A stretch of 64,000 nucleotides of DNA from Piedraia hortae CBS 480.64 (Eukaryota), in contig MU005961.1 of the NCBI GenBank assembly GCA_010093745.1, positions 372,001-436,000 of the forward strand, written 5' to 3'. A model generated the notes under the pieces. That model worked only from the letters and a program-made list of their open reading frames with translations, did not search any database and was not told the origin of the DNA. The position numbers and the translations under genes are program-made. This document shows, in pieces, positions 1-11,519 of this stretch. The number at the start of each line of letters is the position of its first letter. Position 1 is the first letter of the stretch.

Positions 1-129
1 CTCTCGCAGCACATATTGTTCCATCTCGGCTCTTCGCAGACGGGTGGACGATGCTCCACACGCGCTTCGAGCCTGAAATGTTCGTACCCGGTTTTTGTAC
101 AGAATCCCCGGTAGGATGTATATGAAGGA

Positions 130-560
130 TGTAACGATAGATCTGTAGGTATGTATCACCTCCATTTTCTCAGAATTTGTGTCTCCCTGGTGGTAGGATT
201 GTCTGCCCGTTGCGCATGGTAGGTTACATCCCGTCCTCGGGTTCTGGCAGGGAATTGTGGAACGGTGACCGTGGGGTATCTCCCCACGAGGCATGTTGCG
301 CGATTCTACGCTGAGGTGTCGGTAGCCGATCATTTGGAGGTACAACTTCTACTACGAACTGTGACAGATATGTACCACCTCGGGGTCGAAACCTGGATGG
401 GATGTGTATTCCCTGATATATAAACCCTCTTCCTCAGATGATGGAGAGTGAAAGGACGTTTATAACCTGGCACATATATGATGGTGTGACCGTTCATCCC
501 GTTCGCAACTTCTAGTGAATTTGTACAATTCATGCTGGAACAGAAGGGAACTTCTCTACA
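130..560 (+). mobile_element. Possible solo-LTR-like sequence
   Basis: TGTAAC...CTACA ends, TATATAAA near 416 and a CGTGGGG/CCCCACG hairpin at 270-288; no second copy or target-site duplication seen. Confidence 0.25.
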
Positions 561-750
561 ATATACCCATAACCCAAGGCTCAAGAAAAACCATGCTTTT
601 GCCCCCGAATGAGCCTACAATGCTGGAAGAGATTAGTATCTCCACCGTAAAAAATCTTCATCAGGTCAGCAAAGGCAGAAGAATGTCACATGTTACAGCC
701 TGTCGACTGTCGACTGTCGACTGCTAAAACTACCAAAAGGTATCATCACA

Positions 751-3700
751 TCAAGACTTTATTCTCGAATTCAGAAAAATCTCCCCCCCGTCTATCCTTA
801 GATGAGACTCTACCATTGCTGTGTCGTCTTGCTCCCAATCAGCCACGTCATGAAACTCCTTAACTGAACTAGCCCGACTGAGTTGCTGCTGTTGCTGGTC
901 ATTAACCTTTACCGCGGCGGGCAGCGGAGCGCAAAAGGTCCATGGTTGACCATTGTAAGGATCGTAGGTATCCCTGAAGACGTAGATGCTGAGACGGTAG
1001 TCGATGTGGAAAGGACAGTAGGGTGGATTGGTCTCCACGTCGTTGGCTGCTGCTGTGAGGGTGTTGCCGTTGCTGGGTTTTAAGGAACCATTATTATCAG
1101 CAGTTCTTAAACTCCAGAAGCCGTGTGGTCCCTGGCCTATGCAGTTGTTTTTAGCTTCTCCAGGTAGGGTAAAAATTCGCGGCTGCTTGTGTCTTTTCAA
1201 TCCGGGAACCATGACTTCCCCCCGTTGGCGGGAGACGTGCTCGACAGAGTAGAGGGATAGCTGCCTTCGAGTGGCTACCGTCAAGACGCGATCGTTGTGC
1301 CATTGCATCCACATGATGCTGCCCACTTCGACGCTTTCCTTTATCCGAACCTTGTTGTCTTCGGCATGCCACATATCGCTCGCTCCGCTTCGAGCTGCCA
1401 TGTAGCCTTGGCCGATTCCGCGCGCAACGGCGCGACGACTGACCGCGCCTGCGGCCGCCGCCGTTTCTTTGAATCCCGCAAACGTTGTTGGTAGTGCGTA
1501 CTGAGACTTCAACGCCATGGCTTGGCTGGAAACTGATTGTGACCACGACCGCCAGCCACCAAGCAAGCCGCCGCTACTAGGAGGAGATCTTCCCGGAGAC
1601 ACTTCCACCGTCGCCTCAGCTTTGTTCGACGGCACACTTATCGTGCCCCGTCTCTTCTTCTTTTTACTCGGTTTGGTCTGGAACTCGTGCAGATGAATGG
1701 TGCCGTGGCTTGTCAAGATTGCGAGCCAATTATCTGGACCAGGCCAGACCGTATCAACAATGACAGACGGACTACTGCGCTCAACCTTATCAACCTGCTT
1801 GACGTGAGGACCTTGCTCGGGTCTGTCATCTGCCAAAACGCTGCTTGAGCCATGTGCCATGTGTGTGAGGTCCCAAATAAAAGACATGTCGCCGTGTCTG
1901 TTGCTGGTCAAGAGCCGCAGACCGTCAGCAGAGAGTGAAATGTAGTTACACCCTTCCACCAGTGCAAATGTCGCCATTGGCAAGGGCGCTTGTCGGGGCT
2001 TGAGCAGTTCAGTATCAAGCAGCTGCTCCAAGTCGATAATGGACACCAAAGCAGGCTCCTTGTCTAGACGGTCAGAGCCCTCGGCCGGTGCGTTTGTAGG
2101 AGGGAAGGCAGTCCTCGTAGCTGGTGCTGCTACACGAGCAGTTATCGACGGCGCCGGACTGGTGAGTTCTTTCCAGCCCTGGAGGCCCATCTCCACTCCC
2201 TTTTGCGATGCCTTTACCAAGCCCTGGGCTGCCTTTCGGGACAGCCAACGCAGCGTGCCTTCGTCGTCGATGCCCGCAACTTCACACGTCACAAGAGGCT
2301 GCGGAGGCGCTGTGACTGTGCCCATGCCAACAACATGTCCTTTGCTCTGCGGCAGCGACGGGGTGCAGTGTATGGCAGTACCGGCAGCCGTGTATGGAGG
2401 CACAATGGCGAGCCAGCGACCCCTGAGACTCATCAAAGGCTTGCGAGGCCGGTTTTCTACTGGGATTGCAGTCGCATCTGCATCGCCTGCATTCCTCGTA
2501 CCATGCTGGAGCGCAGTCCAAACCTTTCCCACGCATTCATATCTAGGCTCTGGACTCTCCGCGGGCGAAGTATCGGAGAAGATATACACCTCGCCGCTGT
2601 TCCCAGATGCCACGGTGATGAACTTGCCCGCAGCATCAACACTGAGACCTCCAACAGGCGTTGAAGTCGACCCAGACGACTGCTTCCTCACGCAAGCACT
2701 TTTGAAGATTGTCGAAACATGTTGCTGCGTTTTCAACGAGAAAATATCAACTGTTGTTTGATGAATATCATCGCCTTTGGTGTCAAAGTCTTTGCCATAG
2801 TCGTCAGAAGGTCCATGAATGATCAAAGCAACAAGAGGGCGTAAGTTCCGTTTCCAGTCTTGCTTTTGAGTGCAAGGCACGATTTTTGCCCCGACAACAC
2901 GTCCTCGAAGACCTTCGAGGCGACCAATCACTTCCATCCTATCGGGAAGCACCCGGTACACCTCGAGAGCGTCTGAGAAGCCGACCAGCAGCGCATCTCT
3001 CGACCTCTTGGATGAAGCGACGTCACCGGCGTCAGCAAAAGAGTCCAGGCGCCAACAGCTAGTGGATCCGGAGTGGTCTTCTGCAGCAATATTAAGGCCG
3101 AAATCGGGCACCTGGTAAAAATGTTGTTGGGGTAAATGAGGAGGCGGCGGATCGATCACTGAGCGTTTCCGCGGCCGTTGTGATACTCCGTTGCTTTTGA
3201 CTTCTTTGGGAGGCGATTGATCAATGACTGCATAAGGTGATAAAGATGGAGATGCGGGTTTGAACGGGCCGGTTTTGGTAGCTTTTGCTGGTTGTTCTCC
3301 CTGCCCCGCCGCCGCCGAGACTTTTTCTTCCTTCATTGTGGCTTTTTTTGGCTCGGGGAGTAGAGTGGAAGCTAAAGCGGGTAGATCAGGCGAAGGGGGT
3401 TGAGCATCTGGTTCGGGCGGTCCCGAATCTGCGACAGATGACAAAGGCTCCGTTGGTGGCTCCTTAGACTTTTTCGGAGTCAGCTTTGTAGTCATTGTCT
3501 TTGGTTTATCCGTCGACTCTGTGAATGCCTTTGTTCCAAAGCCATCCTTAGATCCCAGATGACTCACTGCTGAAGGGATCGGGACAGCTTCCTCTACTTC
3601 AGCATCGAGAATATCCACCACTTCGGGCTCTACAGACTTCTTCTTCTTCTGCTTATTCGTTCCATTGACAATCGAGTCCAAACCGTCATCTTTGAAATCA

Positions 3701-4191
3701 AGAACGTGTTCCTTGGGGGTTGGCAGCGATTCCACGAAATCGGCAATCTCCGGAAGAGCCTTATCTACCGGTTGCTGAGCCGATTTCGAGCCGTTCGCTC
3801 CCAGGAGCTTTTTTTTCTTCCTCTTTCCGAGTGTGCCTATATCACTTTTTTCATCGAGGGGCGCATCAACGTGTTCCAGCGGTGGCACCTTACCCCCCAA
3901 GCCCGCAAGTGGATCATTAGCTGATTTTGGCGCTGTCCAGACGAAGGTATCAAAGGTGAAAGGGTCTTCCTTCTTCGCGGTCTCTTTCTTCCCCTTGAGC
4001 CCCCATAAATCATCAAATGTGTCAGGAACAGGCGCAACTGGCAATAGAGGTTCCTCTGAATCCCACGCGGACTTCTTGCTCTTCACTTTACCCTTCTTCT
4101 TCCCCTTCTTTGCCGGGGCCTCCCACTCGTCTCCAGTTTTAGGGGGTTCGGCATCAACAAAGCCATTGTGTAGGCCGTCACCCCCGTTCAT
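751..4191 (-). CDS. BCAS3-like WD40/beta-propeller protein with a long low-complexity Lys/Pro/Glu-rich N-terminus
   Basis: Uninterrupted 1146-aa ORF. The C-terminal half has WD-like blades (LSVDAAGKFITVASG, ISLSADGLRLLTS) and an ETNPPYCPFH motif recalled from fungal BCAS3-like proteins. Confidence 0.6.
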   Translation of the reverse strand: MNGGDGLHNGFVDAEPPKTGDEWEAPAKKGKKKGKVKSKKSAWDSEEPLLPVAPVPDTFDDLWGLKGKKETAKKEDPFTFDTFVWTAPKSANDPLAGLGGKVPPLEHVDAPLDEKSDIGTLGKRKKKKLLGANGSKSAQQPVDKALPEIADFVESLPTPKEHVLDFKDDGLDSIVNGTNKQKKKKSVEPEVVDILDAEVEEAVPIPSAVSHLGSKDGFGTKAFTESTDKPKTMTTKLTPKKSKEPPTEPLSSVADSGPPEPDAQPPSPDLPALASTLLPEPKKATMKEEKVSAAAGQGEQPAKATKTGPFKPASPSLSPYAVIDQSPPKEVKSNGVSQRPRKRSVIDPPPPHLPQQHFYQVPDFGLNIAAEDHSGSTSCWRLDSFADAGDVASSKRSRDALLVGFSDALEVYRVLPDRMEVIGRLEGLRGRVVGAKIVPCTQKQDWKRNLRPLVALIIHGPSDDYGKDFDTKGDDIHQTTVDIFSLKTQQHVSTIFKSACVRKQSSGSTSTPVGGLSVDAAGKFITVASGNSGEVYIFSDTSPAESPEPRYECVGKVWTALQHGTRNAGDADATAIPVENRPRKPLMSLRGRWLAIVPPYTAAGTAIHCTPSLPQSKGHVVGMGTVTAPPQPLVTCEVAGIDDEGTLRWLSRKAAQGLVKASQKGVEMGLQGWKELTSPAPSITARVAAPATRTAFPPTNAPAEGSDRLDKEPALVSIIDLEQLLDTELLKPRQAPLPMATFALVEGCNYISLSADGLRLLTSNRHGDMSFIWDLTHMAHGSSSVLADDRPEQGPHVKQVDKVERSSPSVIVDTVWPGPDNWLAILTSHGTIHLHEFQTKPSKKKKRRGTISVPSNKAEATVEVSPGRSPPSSGGLLGGWRSWSQSVSSQAMALKSQYALPTTFAGFKETAAAAGAVSRRAVARGIGQGYMAARSGASDMWHAEDNKVRIKESVEVGSIMWMQWHNDRVLTVATRRQLSLYSVEHVSRQRGEVMVPGLKRHKQPRIFTLPGEAKNNCIGQGPHGFWSLRTADNNGSLKPSNGNTLTAAANDVETNPPYCPFHIDYRLSIYVFRDTYDPYNGQPWTFCAPLPAAVKVNDQQQQQLSRASSVKEFHDVADWEQDDTAMVESHLRIDGGEIFLNSRIKS

Positions 4192-4585
4192 TCAGTCGTG
4201 TATCCAGCCAGATGTTGAGGATCCCACACGATGCAGATCCTCAACAGTCCAACTGCGGGGTAGTAGTTTAACGACGTTTACAGGCTGACTGGGGTTAGAT
4301 GCAGGAAAGGACGAGGCGCAGGGTTGGGACGGTTGCAGAGATGGACGACAAAGGGAAACTAGAGGCCCCAACACTATCTAAAGTGACGGCGTCGTCCGCG
4401 TGGTGGGGGGCTGATGATCCGTCACTGGCACGTGCTGACGTCACGCGAACGATTGGTTGGGGCGGGGCTGCAATTAGAAGTTGATTAGACGGTTGGAATA
4501 TTCGGTGAACATCAGACATGAGTGAACATCAGTGAACGTGATACATTAGATTAGTGTACTAAGGTAGACAAAGACTACAGCTGAC

Positions 4586-6378
4586 TCAGTCCCCCGTCTT
4601 GGCCTTCTTCTTCGGCCGCTCCACCTTGGCCTCCGTGTCTGAATCAGACTTGTCGGCGTCTTCCATGTCGATATCGCTGCCCTCTTCCCCTCCGCTAGAA
4701 GCAGCGTTAGAATCGTATTCTTCGGCAGGATCGCTGTCAGAGTCTGCCTGAAAGTCCTCGTCTGGTGACTCGTCGTCATCCTCGCCGGCGCTTCCTCTGG
4801 CCACGACCTCGTCTTCGCTACTGGCGAGGTCAGGGTCACCATTCAAAGCTGCAGTCAGCATGGCATTGTCCACGTCCATTTCGTTCTTGAATTTGATGTT
4901 CTTTAGCTTGAAGAAGCCTTCTAGCGGCGTTTGCTCCTCGCGGTTGATATTAGAAAACTGATGCTCACCAGCGCCGTTTTTAAGGGTGATAGTGATGTCA
5001 AATGTGCGGCTAGCACTGACAACGCCTCCTACGCGGCTCATGGTGATGAACGAGACGTTGTCAAACGAAATGTACGTCGTCGGCTTGGGCACAAAGAGGA
5101 AGGCGCGGTCAAGACAGAACAAATGGCCCTCGTTGGCTTTGATGCTGCACTTGACGCCGCTCTGCTGGTGGTGCGAGCTGAAGTCGTGCGATGGCTGGAA
5201 CAGCCGCTTACCGGTCAGGCCGTGGAAGATCTTGGCAACGACGGTGCAGATGGGCGCCTCGTAGCGCGGCTGCAGCTTGCCATTGTACTTGGTCTCCAGG
5301 TCTTCGTCAGTCATGTTCAGCTCAATCGTGACCTCTTCGTCGCGCTTAAACTGCATGACAATGAACGGATAACGCGTCTGGCCCTGACGCAGCGGCGGAT
5401 CCAGGCCGATACACAGCAGCTGGTGCATGTCATCGGGCTTGGGCAGGATGAAGAAGCGCTTTGCCGTCTCATAACTGACTTTGTAGTCGTATGTCTTGCC
5501 GCGCAGGCGGAACGTGTGCTCGTACAGGTCGAGATCAAAGCGACCACGCGGCGTCAGATGGAGAACGTCCTGGAAGGTTGCAAAGGTGTCGCCCGCAACT
5601 TCCCCAATCTGTGCCTTGTCCGCCAGCGTCTCATAGAACAGCTGTGCCGCGTTCTGCTCCTCATCGTCGTCGTCTCCGCTATCCGCCCCTTCGCTCTTGC
5701 CGCGTTTGCCGCGCCGCATCTCGGTGCCGGGGATGAAGAAGCGCATTTCGACCAGCTGGTCAACTTGGCCGCCCAGCCTCTTGCCCTTGACACGTGCGCC
5801 CCCGAGGGCCGCGTCCGCTCCGTTGTCGTCTTCACCCGGCAGGTTAAATTCCACCGCAACCTCGTTTTTTCCCGCCAAATTTGTATTGGAGACCTCGCTG
5901 TAGGGCACGGCAAACGCAGGCTGATTGCGCACGTTGAACACAAGCTCGTTGCGGCCCAGATCCGTCTTTCCCCAGTTCCAGCCGCGCAGGGCGTGTTCCT
6001 TGTGCACCAGCTCCACGCCGTACCACACCTTGAAGCATTTTTGCACCGTGTCGTAGTCCTGCACAATCAACCGCTGTCACATCGTCTCTGGAAGCCGCCT
6101 ACCTCGCTCTTGAACCCGTCAAGCTGCACGACGCCAACGTTGCTGTTCTTGGACGCAATCTTTAATTCGTAGCCCTTGGATGCCCGAGACCACTGCGCGC
6201 TCGCAATTTCCGACTTGTCTAGCGTAAAGTGGTTGCTGCCGCCGCCAGACGGTTTCCAGCCCAGCCCAGACTCCGCGACTCTGCACTTGCCGGCCTTTTT
6301 CGAAAGGTTGAGGTAGATTTCTTCAAACGATTCCCTGCGCTGTGAGCGTAAGCCCAGTGGGCAGTTTCTGACTTACAT
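4586..6378 (-). CDS. POB3: FACT complex subunit Pob3/SSRP1; 3 exons (introns 6335-6376 and 6059-6102); start codon split AT/G by intron 1
   Basis: Spliced N-terminus MESFEEIYLNLSKKAGKCRVAESGLGWKP; motifs HALRGWNWG, HLTPRGRF, LDPPLRQGQTRYPF, CSIKANEG; acidic C-terminal tail. Confidence 0.95.
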
Positions 6379-7375
6379 TATGCCCAAAGTATCCTGTGTA
6401 CAGTTATTCGGCTGCAGTCGCGTCTGGAGCGCGTAAAGCTGTTTCAAACTTTCCCTTGCGGCGGTTGATTGTCGGACGATGATGTCACTCGATCATCCGG
6501 GGTGACTTCAACGCGTACAATCATCTCAATACCAGCCCCTAATCGAATACCTATCTCCAGTGCATTTTATACTATTAACCTAGTAACCGCAAATGAATGC
6601 TTCAGATGTTTCCTACAGTGACTCCACAATGACTTCCAATCAGTCACTCACAGAAGACTGCGTGCAGCATCAACGATTCCCCCGTAAAACGTATGTTCTA
6701 CCAACATAATGCTCCTTGGTGCTCTCGCAATAATTGTGGAACACCACAACTAACAATCAAACTACCTTTTCTACAACAATGTTTGTACCGAACAAAGCAC
6801 TGCACAAACACCATTCGCCTATTGCCATGGCTTGACAAGAACCGTACATAACCTTGAAAGGTGAAGGCGTAATATTCACTGGATCTGACTCTAATAACTT
6901 CATCTTCCATCGTGTAAGTATTTGGAGACACTCACTCCTCAGATATCGAAGACTTAAAGACGAATGAACCAATATTCTCCTCAAATAGTCGCAGCGCTAA
7001 TACTCTCAGTGCAAAAGATGGCAAGCTCGGAGGATAAATGGCAAGGCATTACCGATCCAAGTTCGCTCCACGGACAAGTTTCTTCACCGCCAACGAACGG
7101 ACAAAGCTCAAGTACATCGTCATCTTCAGGAGCTGAGCCGGACGCGGAGCAACATAACACTCACCTAAGCCAAACTCAAGACAACCTTCTCCGACTGTGG
7201 CGAGAACAGCAATTCTTACGCAGTACAGAGAACCCATGGTCTCCATATAACCTAAGCCCTGGTCCAACAGCAGATAATACCGATCCGCACTGAAGCACCA
7301 AATCAAACCTAAATCATCCTACTGCGAAGCAAACGCTAAAACATCTCACCACATAAACACCCCTTGAGAATTAAC

Positions 7376-8103
7376 CTACCAAACCTTATCACACGAAACA
7401 ACCACATTCTCCCCATTGGCCCTCACCGTCTTATTCTTCTTATCCCTCTTTAAACTCTTTCTCATATCAAACGCATCCTGTCCATCACTATAATAATCCT
7501 TGATCCTCCTGTAAACCGAGTACCTGTATTTGTCAGCCTCCAATATGAATTCCTCCCCCCCTCCCCCCCTCCCCCTCCCTCAGCTTGGCAACTCACCCCA
7601 ACTTCTTATACAACCCAATCGCCTGATAATTCTCCACCCTCACAAAAAGATCCACAAACCAACACTCCTCCTCATCCCCTACCTTCTCCAACGCCGTCGA
7701 CAAAAGAGTAGCATACCCCATCCTCCTTGCCTCGGGCGAAACAGTCAAACACGTGATATGCGCGTGCCAGGGTAAGTAATTCGGATACTTCTTCATATAA
7801 TGCTTCAATGAGGGATCGTATGGAACGCCTTCGGGTTCGGGGTAGGGTGATGATTCGAGTTTTCCGAGGACTGGGGGGATTTTTTTTGTTAGGGGGATTA
7901 GGGTGGGGTCACTATTGGGGGACGTACTTACTGTAAGCGTCTATTCGTTTATTGGGTCCTTCGATTACTTTGCAGAGTTGAGGCCAGCGGGTAAAGTATT
8001 CGAGGTAGAAGTCAACGTTGTAGGTCTCGGTGAGGTGGTCGATGTTGCAGTGGTTGAAGTGGAGGAGGTCGAGAGGTGTCATGGGGCGGATGAGGGCTGG
8101 CAT
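7376..8103 (-). CDS. NAT3: NatB N-terminal acetyltransferase catalytic subunit; 3 exons (introns 7871-7931 and 7524-7596)
   Basis: Motifs NIDHLTETY, PWHAHITCLTVSPEARRMG, FVDLFVR, AIGLYKKLGYSVYRR and DAFDMRK join in frame after GT-AG splicing. Confidence 0.92.
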
Positions 8104-8763
8104 TTTCAAACGAAATCGTGTGTGGGTTTTGGTTTTGGCTTTGGTTGTGCGTGTGCTGTGTGTGTTGGGTTACTGACGTCACAAGTGAGTTATATGGGGA
8201 TGAAGTTGAGTGTTCGATAGGTGAGAAGATGCCTATTTCCAAAGCATTCTCCTACCAGACTCTAGCTCCAATACCGGGGTCAGATCCCCAACTCCCACGG
8301 TGGAGTCCCACCCCCACAAAAGTTACACTCACTATAGGCCGGTAGGCCAGGGGAAACCGTTTGGTGGAGGCCGCCACTCGGCCTCGGCCTAATTCGACAC
8401 GTTTGAAAGAAAATGCGCATTTGCCTCTTTCATCCCAAGGTTCTCACCTAGAAGGACTAGAGCAAAACAAGAAACGAATGCGACTACCATGAGGTCGTTA
8501 GGAATGATTGGTTCCTGGACAGAGCCTCCCACTTGACTCCTCAACAAACATCGTCGACCACCTCAAACAATCTCACAATCAAAACAGCCCATTTAACGGG
8601 CGGCACTATCATAACTGATGTCACAAAATCATACCATATTCATGCAGGTTAGGTAACCGTCGATCAGGTGGTCTCAGGGTCAACAGGTATCGGAAGCGAG
8701 TTGCTTCCGGCTTCCGTTCTCGTAAAATCAAAAAGGTAAGTTGATCTTTCATGTTTTTCTTCC

Positions 8764-10317
8764 ATGGATTCATTCCTCCTCGCTGGAACGTGGAAACTCG
8801 TTATCATTCTCCTTTCTCCTCTAGTCTATATCCTGGCAGCTTGCATCTACAATGTCTTCTTCAGCCCCCTCTCATTTGCACCTGGCCCGATTCTCTGGCG
8901 TGCTTCTCCTCTGCCATGGGCATGGCATGCTCTGCGTGGGACGCTGGTGAAGAAGACGAAGGAGCTGCATGGGATTTACGGTCCCGTTGTCCGCATCTCG
9001 CCAAGGGAGTTAAGCTATGCGGATAGTGGAGTTTGGACAAACGTCTACATGCATCGACCGGGAAAGCCAGAGTGGCCAAAGGATCCAACTAGACTGTCTG
9101 TTACGCCGAATAAGATTCCTACGATTATATCCGCTGGTAAACAGGATCATGCCCGTCTCAGACGTCTGCTCGCGCATGCGTTTAGCGAAAAGGGATTGAG
9201 GGAGCAAAGTCCAATTATACAAAAATATGTTGATCAGCTGATGCAAAGGTTGGGGGGGTTTGCGGACGCGGGAAGCCCGGCGAATTTGGTCAGTTGGTAT
9301 ATCATGACAGGATTTGATATTATCGGTGACCTTGGCTGGGGAGAGACTTTTCATTGTCTTGAAACGGGCGAGGAGCATGAGTGGATTACCATTGTTTTGC
9401 CGGGTGTGCAGTACATCACCATCACGGCTGTGTTGAGGACGCTTGGTCTGGGACGACTGATTCCATGGCTTGTCTCCAAGCACATGCAGGAGAAGCGGCT
9501 CAAGAACTTCTCGTTTGCTAACATCCGCATCAATAATCGCATCGCACACAAGGAGCCTCGCGGGGATTTTTGGGATAAAATCATGGTCAAGAGTGCTGAT
9601 GATAACAAGTCTGGCGAGGGAATGATGCACGGTGAAATGGTCAACAATGCCACTACGCTGGTCATTGCCGGCTCCGAGACGAGCTCCACAGCCCTCAGCG
9701 GAGCGACCTTTCTCCTGCTCAAGCATCCGGACAAGATGAAGAAGCTAGTCAACGAAGTCCGCTCGACGTTTTCTACTAACGACGAGATTACAACGCTCTC
9801 AGTAGGTCACCTAAAATATACCATGGCTGTGCTGGAGGAGGCGCTCAGGATGTATCCTCCCGCGCCTATTCCGGGTCCAAGGAACCCTCCACAAGGCGGT
9901 GGCATGCTGAACGGCCACTTCCTCCCGGAAGACGTAAGTTTTAAACCATCCCAACTCCACTTCTACTAACATCGCTAGACAATTGTCAGCGTAACAAACG
10001 TAGGCTGCTGTTCCAGCGAAGCAAACTTCCACCGGGCGTCGGAATTCATCCCAGAACGATGGCTCGACGACCGTCCCGCCGAGTTCGAAAACGACAACAG
10101 AGTCGCCTTCCAGCCCTTTAGCGCAGGGACGCGTAACTGCATCGGTCGTAACCTCGCCTACGCGGAGATGAAACTAATCCTCGCAAAGGTTGTATACAAC
10201 TTCGACCTCTCCTTTGCCGATGAGGCAGGGACAGGAAACTGGCTCGATCAAAAAGCATGGGCGTTATGGGAGAAACCGCCTCTCAATGTAATCCTGTCTC
10301 GCGCGGAGCATTCATAG
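8764..10317 (+). CDS. Cytochrome P450 (CYP65 / trichothecene C-15 hydroxylase-like); intron 9934-9978
   Basis: N-terminal TM segment, AGSETS I-helix, EALR (ExxR), PERW, and heme motif FSAGTRNCIG in exon 2; intron GTAAGT...CTAAC...TAG. Confidence 0.93.
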
Positions 10318-10380
10318 TCAATAATCCATCCTAATCCATCCTCCCCAAACCCCCCATCCCCAACCCCCCCCCCACCCCTT

Positions 10381-11334
10381 TTACAAGATATTTTCACCGC
10401 CCCCCTTAATCCCAACCATAAAATCTCTATACCTAAAAACCTCCCTCTTCAACCCCTTCCTCCCATTAAACTCATTAAGCACAGCATCAACCCCCCTCTC
10501 CCCCAATTGCCCTTCACGTAACAACGCCCCCTTTAACTCCCCCACCTCAACAACTCCCTCATCAAATTCATCAAACGCCTCAAACGCCGCCAGCAACTCC
10601 TCAGTCTCACTAACCCCGCCCATCGCACCAGCCAAAAAATCCAAATACCGCGCGAGATTAACCTCCTGCGGCGCACCCGGAGGGAAGAATTCTTTGATTG
10701 AAGAAGGGCTAGAATCCATACCCATTTGTTCGAGGATGGGTTTGATCCGTTCAGGGGTCAGGGTGCCCGTGTTTTCGCTATCAAGGACGGAGAAGCATTC
10801 GCGCATGCTTCGGAGGAGGGGAGGGGGGAGGTTGGTGTATCCTCCACCGCTGCCGCCGAGATTGGGGCGGGGGAAAGGGGTGGGTTGGCTTGGGAGGGAT
10901 GTAGGTAGGGACGCTTCGCGCGGTTTCAGCGTCGAGAGGCTTGAGGCTGTTGGGACGCGGTCCATTGAGGGACGGAGGGGCGGTTTTGGAACGGCTGGCT
11001 CGACGATTGTGGGGGTTGATGGACGGGAAGGACGCGGGGAGAGGGTAGGTAATGGCCGCGGGGAGGTCGGGGCTTCGACCGCTGCTTCGTCGCGGAGGGG
11101 GGTGAAGGGGCTTGTTGGGCGGTGTTCGGGGGGTTTTGTGGGGTTGGTAGTGGTGATTTGGGAGGGGCGGCGGACGAAAGGCCTTGGGCGAGTGGGCGAG
11201 AGACCGCTGGCGCTGGCGCCGGGTTTGGTGGGTGATGTCGTTGTCGTTGTCGTTGTTGGTGGTGCGGGGGAGGCGGAATTTTGGCGGCGGAAAGGGGATT
11301 GCCGGCCGGATTCGTTCATGGAGAGGGGTCGCAT
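10381..11334 (-). CDS. EF-hand protein (myosin regulatory light chain / calmodulin-like) with Pro/Ser/Thr-rich N-terminus
   Basis: EF-hand-like segments MRECFSVLDSENTGTLT and ELLAAFEAFDEFDEGVV. Confidence 0.8.
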   Translation of the reverse strand: MRPLSMNESGRQSPFRRQNSASPAPPTTTTTTTSPTKPGASASGLSPTRPRPFVRRPSQITTTNPTKPPEHRPTSPFTPLRDEAAVEAPTSPRPLPTLSPRPSRPSTPTIVEPAVPKPPLRPSMDRVPTASSLSTLKPREASLPTSLPSQPTPFPRPNLGGSGGGYTNLPPPLLRSMRECFSVLDSENTGTLTPERIKPILEQMGMDSSPSSIKEFFPPGAPQEVNLARYLDFLAGAMGGVSETEELLAAFEAFDEFDEGVVEVGELKGALLREGQLGERGVDAVLNEFNGRKGLKREVFRYRDFMVGIKGGGENIL

Positions 11335-11519
11335 TTTGGACGTGACGTTCTTGGGATGGTCTCTTTGAAGTCGGGTTGCTGTTGTTGTATAAACACAGTT
11401 ACCAGGGAAGCTGCACGGCCCGGCCCGCCCCCGCAGACCCTGAGCGACTTCACGTCAATCGACCGCGAGTGTAGGTGATGGTGTGAAAGGCGCGGCTGGG
11501 GACGGCATGAATCCAGATT

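Noticed and set aside
4931..6172. 413-aa ORF antisense to POB3, and similar antisense ORFs over the other core genes
   Set aside because: Shadow ORFs caused by codon bias on the coding strand; no recognisable domains.
6593..7293. Possible spliced gene divergent from POB3, including ORF 6964-7293
   Set aside because: Donor-like sites exist (6691, 6914) but no splice combination tried gave a continuous frame; the product is low-complexity.
8764..10317. Secondary-metabolite cluster around the P450
   Set aside because: Neighbours are housekeeping genes; no PKS, NRPS or terpene synthase in the window.
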